Under the pieces are notes generated by a model that saw only the letters and a program-made list of their open reading frames with translations, had not been told where the DNA came from and made no database searches. A stretch of 64,000 nucleotides of DNA. Source: Candidatus Anderseniibacteriota bacterium. GTDB taxonomy: Bacteria; Patescibacteriota; Andersenbacteria; UBA10190. A program made the position numbers and the translations under genes. Positions within the stretch are counted from its first letter, which is position 1; every line of letters starts with the position of its first letter. Where the stretch lies: assembly GCA_016197005.1 (NCBI GenBank), contig JACPWO010000004.1, positions 70,305 through 134,304 of the forward strand, written 5' to 3'. Below are positions 9,334 through 17,180 of the stretch, piece by piece.

Positions 9334-10693
9334 GCACAGCCCCGAGTGGTTTATCGAGAAAATTCTTGGTAACCAGCTATGGCAGAAACAGCGGCTAGTG
9401 GCGCGGGCAGTTGCTCGCCGCAAGCGCACAACCGTTCGCAGCTGCCACGGAGCGGGCAAGACATTCGCGGCTGCTAACATCGGTATCTGGCACCTGTTAG
9501 CTCATCCGGATAGCATCGTGATAACCACTGCACCCACGTTCCGCCAAGTAGAGGATGTGCTCTGGCGCGAGATGCGACAGATATGGGCGAAGTGCTCGTG
9601 GGCAGATATGTTTGGCGCAACTATGCTCACGACCAGGCTGGAGCTATCGGAAAAATGGTATGCCACAGGAATATCAACGGACGAGCCGGACAAATTACAG
9701 GGCATTCACGCGCCGCACGTACTGGTGATTGTGGATGAGGCGGCTGGAGTTGAGGAAGGCATCTTTGAGGCTATTGAGGGGATTATTTCATCAGAGGGTG
9801 CAAAACTCCTTTTGATTGGTAATCCTACGAATCTGTCGGGCACCTTTTACAACAGTTTCCGCGACCCGGCGTATGCGCAGGTGCATATTTCGGCGAACGA
9901 TGTGCCGAATGTCCGTTCTGGCGCGAATGTCATTCCCGGCCTCATTTCCCGTGAATGGGTACAAGAGATGAAGAAGCAGTGGGGCGAGGATAACCCTATC
10001 TACCAGGCTCGCGTGCTAGGTGATTTCCCAGAGCAGGGTGCGGATACCCTGATCCCACTCAATAAAATAGAGGCGGCAGTTGACCGCAAAATTGCGGAGG
10101 ATGAGAAAGGCGCGATTACTGCCATCGGCGCTGACATTGCCCGCTATGGGACAGATAAGACGGTCTTTGTCGCTCGACGGGGTAATACGGTGGTTGAGAT
10201 TCAGAAGCACAGCATGAAGGACACGATGGAAACAGTCGGGTTGCTGTATGCGTTCATGCGCAAGCATGACTTTCCTACTACACGGATCGATGAGATTGGT
10301 GTCGGGGCTGGAGTGCTCGATCGGCTAAGGGAAATGAAGGGGGTAAGGGTTGAAGGTATAAACGTCGGGGCGACCGCCCGTGATACAGATCAGTTTCGCA
10401 ACAAGCGGGCGGAGTTGTATTGGAAACTGCGCGAAAAATTTATGGACGATCAGATTGCAATACCGGACGATACGGAACTCATGAGCCAGCTGGCCCGCAT
10501 CAAATACAAATTCAGCTCTACTGGCGTGCAAATGGAAAGTAAAGACGAGATGCGTAAGCGCGGGTTGGGCAGTCCGGACGTAGCAGACGCACTTACCCTC
10601 TGTTTTATGCCTACCTATGACGTCAGCTTCAGGTATACACCAACGACCGATCCGCGCTATAAGCCACTGTTTAGACGAAGCCAGTGGTGGTAA
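9275..10693 (+). CDS. Phage terminase large subunit (ATPase domain clearly present)
   Basis: Walker A 'CHGAGKTFAA' and Walker B 'VLVIVDEAAG'. Probable start is ATG 9275 ('MKMPRNISQ'), in frame with the 9155..10693 ORF. No capsid or portal genes follow. Confidence 0.75.
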   Translation: MKMPRNISQSEDEVARRLLKHSPEWFIEKILGNQLWQKQRLVARAVARRKRTTVRSCHGAGKTFAAANIGIWHLLAHPDSIVITTAPTFRQVEDVLWREMRQIWAKCSWADMFGATMLTTRLELSEKWYATGISTDEPDKLQGIHAPHVLVIVDEAAGVEEGIFEAIEGIISSEGAKLLLIGNPTNLSGTFYNSFRDPAYAQVHISANDVPNVRSGANVIPGLISREWVQEMKKQWGEDNPIYQARVLGDFPEQGADTLIPLNKIEAAVDRKIAEDEKGAITAIGADIARYGTDKTVFVARRGNTVVEIQKHSMKDTMETVGLLYAFMRKHDFPTTRIDEIGVGAGVLDRLREMKGVRVEGINVGATARDTDQFRNKRAELYWKLREKFMDDQIAIPDDTELMSQLARIKYKFSSTGVQMESKDEMRKRGLGSPDVADALTLCFMPTYDVSFRYTPTTDPRYKPLFRRSQWW

Positions 10694-10875
10694 TTATGGC
10701 TAGAATGGTCACAATTCCATAAAGGCGCGTAATTTAGGCCATTGTGGCCATTGTTTTACTACCTGCACAGTTTAGGTAATCTGTGCAGTTTATGGCTGAC
10801 TTGCTGGCGTTTGTGGGTGAGGTAACATCGCGATGGTGCAAAGAATTGCACCATTAAAACCTATGATGCAGATAA
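10694..10875. promoter_or_regulatory. Intergenic region with three short perfect inverted repeats; possible integrase operator or att-like site
   Basis: 'GGCCATTGTGGCC', 'CTGCACAGtttaggtaatCTGTGCAG' (8-bp arms) and 'TGGTGCAaagaatTGCACCA' lie between the terminase and the tyrosine recombinase. Confidence 0.35.
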
Positions 10876-11457
10876 ATGTATATGAAGCAGCAAATGAAGG
10901 CTTCGGCCTACCATTTAAAGCCAGCTGAGGTACGCAAGCTGGTCATAGCCACCACGAACTTTAGAGACCGGTGCATCCTTAAAACCCTCTATTGGCTTGG
11001 GTTGCGCCGTAAGGAGTTAGTTGATCTAGATGTCCGGGACATCGATTTCGAACGTAAGAGGGTAACTGTGCGCCAAGGGAAGGGTGGTAAAACCCGAATA
11101 GTGCCGATCATTGACGATGAGTATCTGGGTGACCTGAAGCACTTGATAGGTAAACGTAACGCCGGGCTGGTCTTCACGAATAGTACCGGCGGGTCGCTGG
11201 CAATAAGGACAATAAATTACGTGGTAGAGAATACCGGTAAGCGGGCGGCTATACTTAACCCCAACCCTGCCCGCCAACACTTAAATCCGCACATATTCCG
11301 GCATAGCATAGCCCGCTATCTCAAATCGAAGGGATTTACCGCCGAGTGGATTCAGAACTTTCTCGGTCACCAGTCGTACCAGACAACGATGGACATGTAC
11401 GGAACGATCTCTATCGATGAGATGCAGGAGATTGCGGAGCGTAAGTTGGCTGATTAA
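10876..11457 (+). CDS. Tyrosine recombinase, catalytic domain only (short or truncated integrase, 193 aa)
   Basis: The R...HxxR...Y catalytic pattern: 'LGLRRKEL', 'HIFRHSIARYL', 'LGHQSYQTTMDMY'. The N-terminal core-binding domain is absent. Confidence 0.7.
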   Translation: MYMKQQMKASAYHLKPAEVRKLVIATTNFRDRCILKTLYWLGLRRKELVDLDVRDIDFERKRVTVRQGKGGKTRIVPIIDDEYLGDLKHLIGKRNAGLVFTNSTGGSLAIRTINYVVENTGKRAAILNPNPARQHLNPHIFRHSIARYLKSKGFTAEWIQNFLGHQSYQTTMDMYGTISIDEMQEIAERKLAD

Positions 11458-11712
11458 CCATTAAACTTTACTTGCCTATAAGTTGATTAATAAGGCACTA
11501 AGAGCCACAATAGTCATACAACTTAATTGCCTAAACCCCGCGAATTTAGCGAGGCATGGCAGCAAAATCAGGTCTAGGCCATTGGTGGTCTTCTGTTCAG
11601 CACCCTAGACCTGTCTATGCCCGAAAGGGTATAGGGCAACTGCGAAAGTGGTTGTCGCTGACGGGAGACCTCTTGTTGTTTTCCGTCGGATTAACCGGAT
11701 CAGGAAAACACA

Positions 11713-12840
11713 ATGGCAATAGTTATATCACAAAACGGCCGGAACGCAGTCAGGATCGATAAGTCCTCTTTTGAACAAGAGGATTACCTGCAGCGATACA
11801 TTTACGACAACCCCGACAGTATCCCGCTCTACGATATAAAGGAGGACATTCGCCTCCTTATTTTATCCCGCGAATTTCCTACCACCAGCGGCCCAATTGA
11901 CGCAATCGGCATCGACAAAGAGGGCGAGAACTACATCATCGAAACCAAGCTCTATAAAAATCCTGACAAGCGTACGGTCATCGCCCAAGCCCTGGATTAC
12001 GGCGCTGCGCTCTGGAAACACGCTAGCGACTTTAGCGAGTTTCTGGCCACGCTTGATACCCACACGCAGAAAGTATTCGGACTAAGTGCCGCCGATAAAA
12101 TTCAGGAGTTCTTCCAGCTGCCTACCGAAGACGCCATCGCCGTTATCGACAAAGCTCGCTCCAACCTCAACGATGGTGTTTTTCACTTCGTCGTTCTTAT
12201 GGACAAGCTGGATGACCGTCTCAAAGACCTCATCCTCTACGTCAACCAGAACAGCCAGTTCGATATCTACGCTGTCGAGCTGGAGTATTACAAGCACGAT
12301 ACCTACGAAATTATCATCCCGCGTATCTTCGGAGCAGAGGTTAAAAAGGATATCTCAACAAAGAAATCATCTGGACAACGCTGGGACTGGGATTCGTTTA
12401 AGCAACGCCTGGCCGAGTCCGGCGAGGAAGCAATCACCGCCGCCAGGCAAATCATCGACTGGGCAGAGGATAATAGTGTTTCCGTTGGCTGGATGACCAA
12501 CCAGATTGGCTCGTTTGTTCTTGGTTTTTCGGCTCCGGGCAAAAAAGTATTCTTTCCGTTCTCCGTGACCGGAGATGCTGTGATTTCCTGGAATACCCCG
12601 CACCAGGGGGACTACAGCCCAGTGCCATTTGATAGGCGGGAGAAGCGAGCCGAGATATTGGAGCGCCTGAGATCAATTAAGGGCGCAACTGTTGATGTGG
12701 AGAACGTGGATGGCTACAGCGGATTCAAACTGCCGCTCCAGGCGATGGTCAATGAAGAGACACGGCGTGAATTTTTCGCAGTGTGTTTATGGATCAAGGA
12801 AATGCTGAATCGACCGCTCCGATCCCATGTACAAACTTGA
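11713..12840 (+). CDS. PD-(D/E)xK nuclease-superfamily protein (NucS/Mrr-like core)
   Basis: 'GPIDAIGIDKEGENYIIETKLYKN' fits the D...(D/E)xK restriction-endonuclease-like motif. 375 aa; overlaps the next ORF by 14 nt. Confidence 0.4.
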   Translation: MAIVISQNGRNAVRIDKSSFEQEDYLQRYIYDNPDSIPLYDIKEDIRLLILSREFPTTSGPIDAIGIDKEGENYIIETKLYKNPDKRTVIAQALDYGAALWKHASDFSEFLATLDTHTQKVFGLSAADKIQEFFQLPTEDAIAVIDKARSNLNDGVFHFVVLMDKLDDRLKDLILYVNQNSQFDIYAVELEYYKHDTYEIIIPRIFGAEVKKDISTKKSSGQRWDWDSFKQRLAESGEEAITAARQIIDWAEDNSVSVGWMTNQIGSFVLGFSAPGKKVFFPFSVTGDAVISWNTPHQGDYSPVPFDRREKRAEILERLRSIKGATVDVENVDGYSGFKLPLQAMVNEETRREFFAVCLWIKEMLNRPLRSHVQT

Positions 12841-13435
12841 CGAGTATGAAGAGCTAAAGCGTAAGTATGGATCATATGGGAGTTGGGCAGTTTGGCGCCA
12901 TAACAATGAGAGCGATACATCAGTCATTGACGAGCATGTTGAGGAACTTCATTCTCGATTCATATTTCTGGGGTTGAACGTTTCTCAATCGCTAGGCAGC
13001 GCTGCCTGGGTAAATTTTCATGGCGGTAAGCATGCCCGGAAACTCAAGTATGCCCTCAACGATACAAAATTAAGGGGGTCGTACATTACCGATATTTTTA
13101 AAGACCTGCCCGCACCAAAATCAAGCGATATTGTGAAAATTTTGGCTGACGATCCGTCACTCATCACGCAGAATGTTGAGTTTTTTAAGCGGGAGATGGC
13201 AGACATCAGGGTGACAGCTGAGTCCGTGTTTGTTGTCCTCGGTACTCCCACCTCTTATATTTCAAGGTATTTTCGTACGTATTACCATCATAATTTCTCA
13301 AACCTCAAGTTCGTGAACTACTACCACTACGCATACTACGCTCTCACCGACAGTACATGGGTTGAGGGCCTCTGGAATGAACTTGGTGTAGAGGCTCGTT
13401 ATGACCATATCAGAGGGATGTATACCAAAGAGTAA
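12827..13435 (+). CDS. Hypothetical protein; weak resemblance to the UDG-superfamily motif arrangement
   Basis: 202 aa. 'FLGLNVSQSLG' and 'VVLGTPTSY' loosely resemble UDG motifs A and B; unverified. Confidence 0.3.
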   Translation: MYKLDEYEELKRKYGSYGSWAVWRHNNESDTSVIDEHVEELHSRFIFLGLNVSQSLGSAAWVNFHGGKHARKLKYALNDTKLRGSYITDIFKDLPAPKSSDIVKILADDPSLITQNVEFFKREMADIRVTAESVFVVLGTPTSYISRYFRTYYHHNFSNLKFVNYYHYAYYALTDSTWVEGLWNELGVEARYDHIRGMYTKE

Positions 13436-13472
13436 TAGGCAAAAAAGACGCCATAGCTCACCTCCACGGTGG

Positions 13473-13501
13473 TTGACGTGGCTGCTGTGGTCGCATAGGA
13501 T
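13473..13501 (+). promoter_or_regulatory. Sigma70-like promoter for the defense operon
   Basis: TTGACG (13473-13478), 17-nt spacer, TAGGAT (13496-13501). The ATG at 13508 lies about 7 nt after the -10 element, which would make the mRNA leaderless. Confidence 0.4.
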
Positions 13502-13507
13502 GACCAT

Positions 13508-13801
13508 ATGAGTACTCTTAAACCTATTGGTGATTTACCAGCAGCACAGCAGCAAGCGTTGTTTGTTATCCTCCGTTTTCACCGACCGGGGTTTAGAACT
13601 TCAGAGATCCGGGACAAAGTGGGTAAAGATACTAGTGGCCGTTCTATTGGGGCGGTGCTGGGTGCGCTCTATCGCAATGGTTATCTTGAGAAAATCGCGG
13701 GCGGTAGGGATAAGCTGTGGAAGTTGGCAGCTCAGGTGGAGGAAACGCGCAATGAAGTGGCGCAACAGTTAGTGGAAGTTAAGAGCTATTGGAGCAAATA
13801 A
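13508..13801 (+). CDS. Small winged-helix DNA-binding protein (putative operon regulator)
   Basis: 97-aa protein with a wHTH-like core ('RSIGAVLGALYRNGYLEKI'). It is the first gene of the coupled operon. Confidence 0.4.
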   Translation: MSTLKPIGDLPAAQQQALFVILRFHRPGFRTSEIRDKVGKDTSGRSIGAVLGALYRNGYLEKIAGGRDKLWKLAAQVEETRNEVAQQLVEVKSYWSK

Positions 13802-13805
13802 TTCT

Positions 13806-16800
13806 ATGAGTTCTTTTATCATCACGAACGAAGGCACGAAGAATCTTAAAGGCAGGTTGTCTGAGCTTATCCAGAACAGCAAAGAGCTCAAATTTCTAGT
13901 GGGCTTCTTTTATTTTTCGGGTATTCGCGAACTATATGAAAGTTTGAAGGATATGCCTAATATTCAGGTGGACGTTTTAGTTGGTCTTAATGTAGACCGG
14001 GCGGTACATGGAATTGTGGAGTATGGCGACCAGACAAAAAACCTCACCGATCGGGAACGCTTTACTCGTTTTCTTGAATCCGTATCACGGTCAATAAACT
14101 CGAACGATTTTGATACCGAAGATTTTTACACCCAGATCAAGTATTTCTTACATCTCATCAAAGATGGCCGTTTACGCATTCGCAAAACCTATAACCCAAA
14201 TCACGCCAAGTTGTATATCTTCAAAATCAAAGACGATATCAAGCATTTAAAAGAGGCATTTTTTATCACAGGTAGCAGCAACCTGACGCGAGCTGGTTTA
14301 ATGTCACAGGAGGAGTTTAATGTTGAAATAAGCGATCATGGGGTCGGTGATGCCGAGGATTATTTTAAGCAGTTATGGGAAGAAGCTGTCAGGATTACGG
14401 AAAACGATGAGTTCAAGCGGCAACTCATTGACCTCATTGAGCGTAAGACGCTAGTTGCCGGGATAACCCCTTTTGAGGCTTACGCCCTCGTGCTCAAAAA
14501 CTACCTTGATTCAATTAGCCAAAAGCAACTGCGGAAAAGTATTCCAGAATTGCTGTCTAAGAAAGGTTACCAGCCCTATAAATATCAGCTTGATGCAGTG
14601 TCACAGGCACTTACAATAATCGAGAACTATAACGGCGTAATCGTGTCCGATGTTGTGGGCCTTGGTAAAAGTATTATCGCTGGAATGATCGGCCGAAGTC
14701 TCAATAAACGGGGGATCATTATTTGTCCACCTGGTTTGATTGGTGATCCGAATAAGAAATCAGGATGGGAAAAATATAAAGAGGATTTTGAACTTTACGA
14801 TTGGGAGATCAGATCATTGGGTATACCGAGCTTAAAACATACGCTGAAGCTCGTTCAGGAAAGTGATGAGTATGAGGTAGTGATAGTAGACGAGGCGCAT
14901 CGGTTTCGGAATCAGGACACGGAGGCCTATGAGTTACTGAGCAATATTTGTCGCAATAAGATCGTGATTCTACTGACAGCGACTCCCTTTAATAACTCGC
15001 CGGCTGACATATTCTCTTTGCTCAAACTTTTTGTTATACCCGGCAGATCGAAAATCACACTGGATAACCATTTAGACACTAAGTTCAAGGTGTATAACAA
15101 CGAATTCGATAAATTGTCGTATATCAGAAAAAATCATAGTTCTGCTAACCCGCAGAAACGGGGAAAAGCCCTCGCCTTTTATGAGAGTCTATTTGAATCT
15201 AAGTCAGTTGAGCTGAACGAGGTGCAACGGCGAGCGAAATACTTAGCAAACAGTATTCGTTCTGTCATTGAGCCGGTGCTTATTCGGCGCAATCGCATCG
15301 ATCTCAAACAAGACCCAGAATATTCAAAGGAAGTGTACGAGCTCTCTCAGGTTGATGATCCCAAAGAGCTGTTTTTTGAACTGACAAAGGAGCAAGCGAA
15401 TTTTTATGACAGAGTGATCAACAAATACTTCGGCGAGGAAGGGGAATTTCGTGGAGCTATATACCGACCATTTGTATATGAGGAGGGAATTAAGCCAGAG
15501 GATCAAAAGCGCGTGTTGGGGCTGGAGAAGAATTTTGAGTTTCAATCCCAGTCACAGCTTTACGACTTTATGCGGCGTTTAGTCGTCAAACGATTTGAAA
15601 GCTCCTTTGGCGCTTTCCGTCAAACCATCATGAACCTCGAAATGGTGACGGAAAAAATGCAGCAGTTTATCAAAAACTCGGATGGCAAATTCATTCTTGA
15701 TCGGAAGCTAATCGAGAAGATTTATGAAGAAGAACTGGATGTCATCGAGGAGGAAATAATTAAGTTTGAACAGAAACTAGGCGAAGGTAACTACCCAAAA
15801 TCCTACAAAGTGTATGACGTGAACTCTTTTAAAGAAAAGCAGCGCTTTTATGCTGATATTGAGGCTGATCTTAAGTTATATAGAAAAGTCAGAGATGAAC
15901 TTGAAGACCTTAAACTGGTGGACAACGATCCAAAACTAGCCGGGCTTATTACCGAAATTCGGAATATATTGAATGCTGATCATCCCTTGAGTGAGCCAGA
16001 ACGCAAGGTTGTTGTTTTTACCGAGTATACGGATACGGCCACCTATTTAGAGGACGAACTCGAGAAGCACTTCCCAGAGCAACTTTTAACGGTGGGCAAG
16101 TCTCTCCCCGCCAGTCGCATCAACGAAATACTGATGAACTTTGATGCCAGCTACCACGAGCAAGAAAATAAGTACCGCGTGTTGTTAGCAACCGATAAGA
16201 TTTCTGAGGGGTTTAACCTCAATCGGGCGGGTGCGATCATTAATTATGATATCCCCTGGAATCCTACACGTGTTATCCAGCGGGTTGGTCGAATCAATCG
16301 TATCAGTAAGAAAGTCTTTGAGCGGCTTCATATATACAATTTCTTCCCTACTATACAGGGATCGGACATTGTGAAGAGTAGACAGATTGCGGCCGACAAG
16401 ATGTTTTTGATTCACAATACTCTTGGCGAGGACTCAAAAGTGTTTGAATCGGATGAGAAGCCGACAGCGGCTAAGCTGTTTACAAAAATCATGCGCAATC
16501 CGGAAGCGCATGAAGAGGCGAGCTTTCAAACTAAAATCCGACAGAAATATTTTGAACTCGAGAAAAGCGCGCCTGATATTATTGGCCGTGTCGCGACACT
16601 GCCATCGCGGGTAAAGGTAGCCAAGCGCTACGAGGCTGATAATCTTCTTGTGTTTATCAAGAAAGGTCTTGGGTTCTTCGTGCGCGGCATTGTTAAGGAG
16701 GATGTAGTCGAGGAAATGCTTTTTGAAGAAGTTATTCATCACATTGAGTGCTCTAAAGAAGAACGAGCGGTGCAACTGAGCGAACGCTTTTGGGGTAGCT

Positions 16801-17180
16801 ATGAAGCGGTCAAGGAGTATAAGGACAAGACGAAGATCGCATCCAGTGAATTGAGCCTGGAGAAGAAAGCACTGAATAATCTTAAATCGTTGCAGGGCGA
16901 CCCAAGCCCTGATTTAGAGCTTCTGCTGCCCTTCATCCGTGACTTAGTTGAGGATTTGCTAGATTACAAAACCCTACCTGACTACACCCTGCGCCGCATT
17001 GCTAAACTTGATACACAGACGCGGGTGCCAGAGAAGCGACTTAAGATGATCCGCGAATTACAAGGGGTTCAATCTCAACTTGGGGTCGGATTTATGGAAA
17101 TAACTAAGCGCCGATTGGGTGAACTTCAGAATGAAGTAATCATTGCCATAGAGAACGTCACCCACTATGAGCAGAGATAA
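13806..17180 (+). CDS. PLD-family (single HKD) nuclease domain fused to an SNF2-family helicase, 1124 aa
   Basis: HKD motif 'NHAKLYIFK...ITGSSNLT'. SNF2 motifs: I 'VVGLGKSIIAG', II 'IVDEAHRFRN', III 'LLTATPFNNS', V/VI 'INYDIPWNPTRVIQRVGRINRI'. Confidence 0.85.
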   Translation: MSSFIITNEGTKNLKGRLSELIQNSKELKFLVGFFYFSGIRELYESLKDMPNIQVDVLVGLNVDRAVHGIVEYGDQTKNLTDRERFTRFLESVSRSINSNDFDTEDFYTQIKYFLHLIKDGRLRIRKTYNPNHAKLYIFKIKDDIKHLKEAFFITGSSNLTRAGLMSQEEFNVEISDHGVGDAEDYFKQLWEEAVRITENDEFKRQLIDLIERKTLVAGITPFEAYALVLKNYLDSISQKQLRKSIPELLSKKGYQPYKYQLDAVSQALTIIENYNGVIVSDVVGLGKSIIAGMIGRSLNKRGIIICPPGLIGDPNKKSGWEKYKEDFELYDWEIRSLGIPSLKHTLKLVQESDEYEVVIVDEAHRFRNQDTEAYELLSNICRNKIVILLTATPFNNSPADIFSLLKLFVIPGRSKITLDNHLDTKFKVYNNEFDKLSYIRKNHSSANPQKRGKALAFYESLFESKSVELNEVQRRAKYLANSIRSVIEPVLIRRNRIDLKQDPEYSKEVYELSQVDDPKELFFELTKEQANFYDRVINKYFGEEGEFRGAIYRPFVYEEGIKPEDQKRVLGLEKNFEFQSQSQLYDFMRRLVVKRFESSFGAFRQTIMNLEMVTEKMQQFIKNSDGKFILDRKLIEKIYEEELDVIEEEIIKFEQKLGEGNYPKSYKVYDVNSFKEKQRFYADIEADLKLYRKVRDELEDLKLVDNDPKLAGLITEIRNILNADHPLSEPERKVVVFTEYTDTATYLEDELEKHFPEQLLTVGKSLPASRINEILMNFDASYHEQENKYRVLLATDKISEGFNLNRAGAIINYDIPWNPTRVIQRVGRINRISKKVFERLHIYNFFPTIQGSDIVKSRQIAADKMFLIHNTLGEDSKVFESDEKPTAAKLFTKIMRNPEAHEEASFQTKIRQKYFELEKSAPDIIGRVATLPSRVKVAKRYEADNLLVFIKKGLGFFVRGIVKEDVVEEMLFEEVIHHIECSKEERAVQLSERFWGSYEAVKEYKDKTKIASSELSLEKKALNNLKSLQGDPSPDLELLLPFIRDLVEDLLDYKTLPDYTLRRIAKLDTQTRVPEKRLKMIRELQGVQSQLGVGFMEITKRRLGELQNEVIIAIENVTHYEQR

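Noticed and set aside
12082-12676. Several 70-136-aa ORFs in alternative frames (Ser/Thr-rich or Pro-rich translations) inside the PD-(D/E)xK gene
   Set aside because: Low-complexity translations nested in a well-supported gene. These are typical frame-shadow ORFs.
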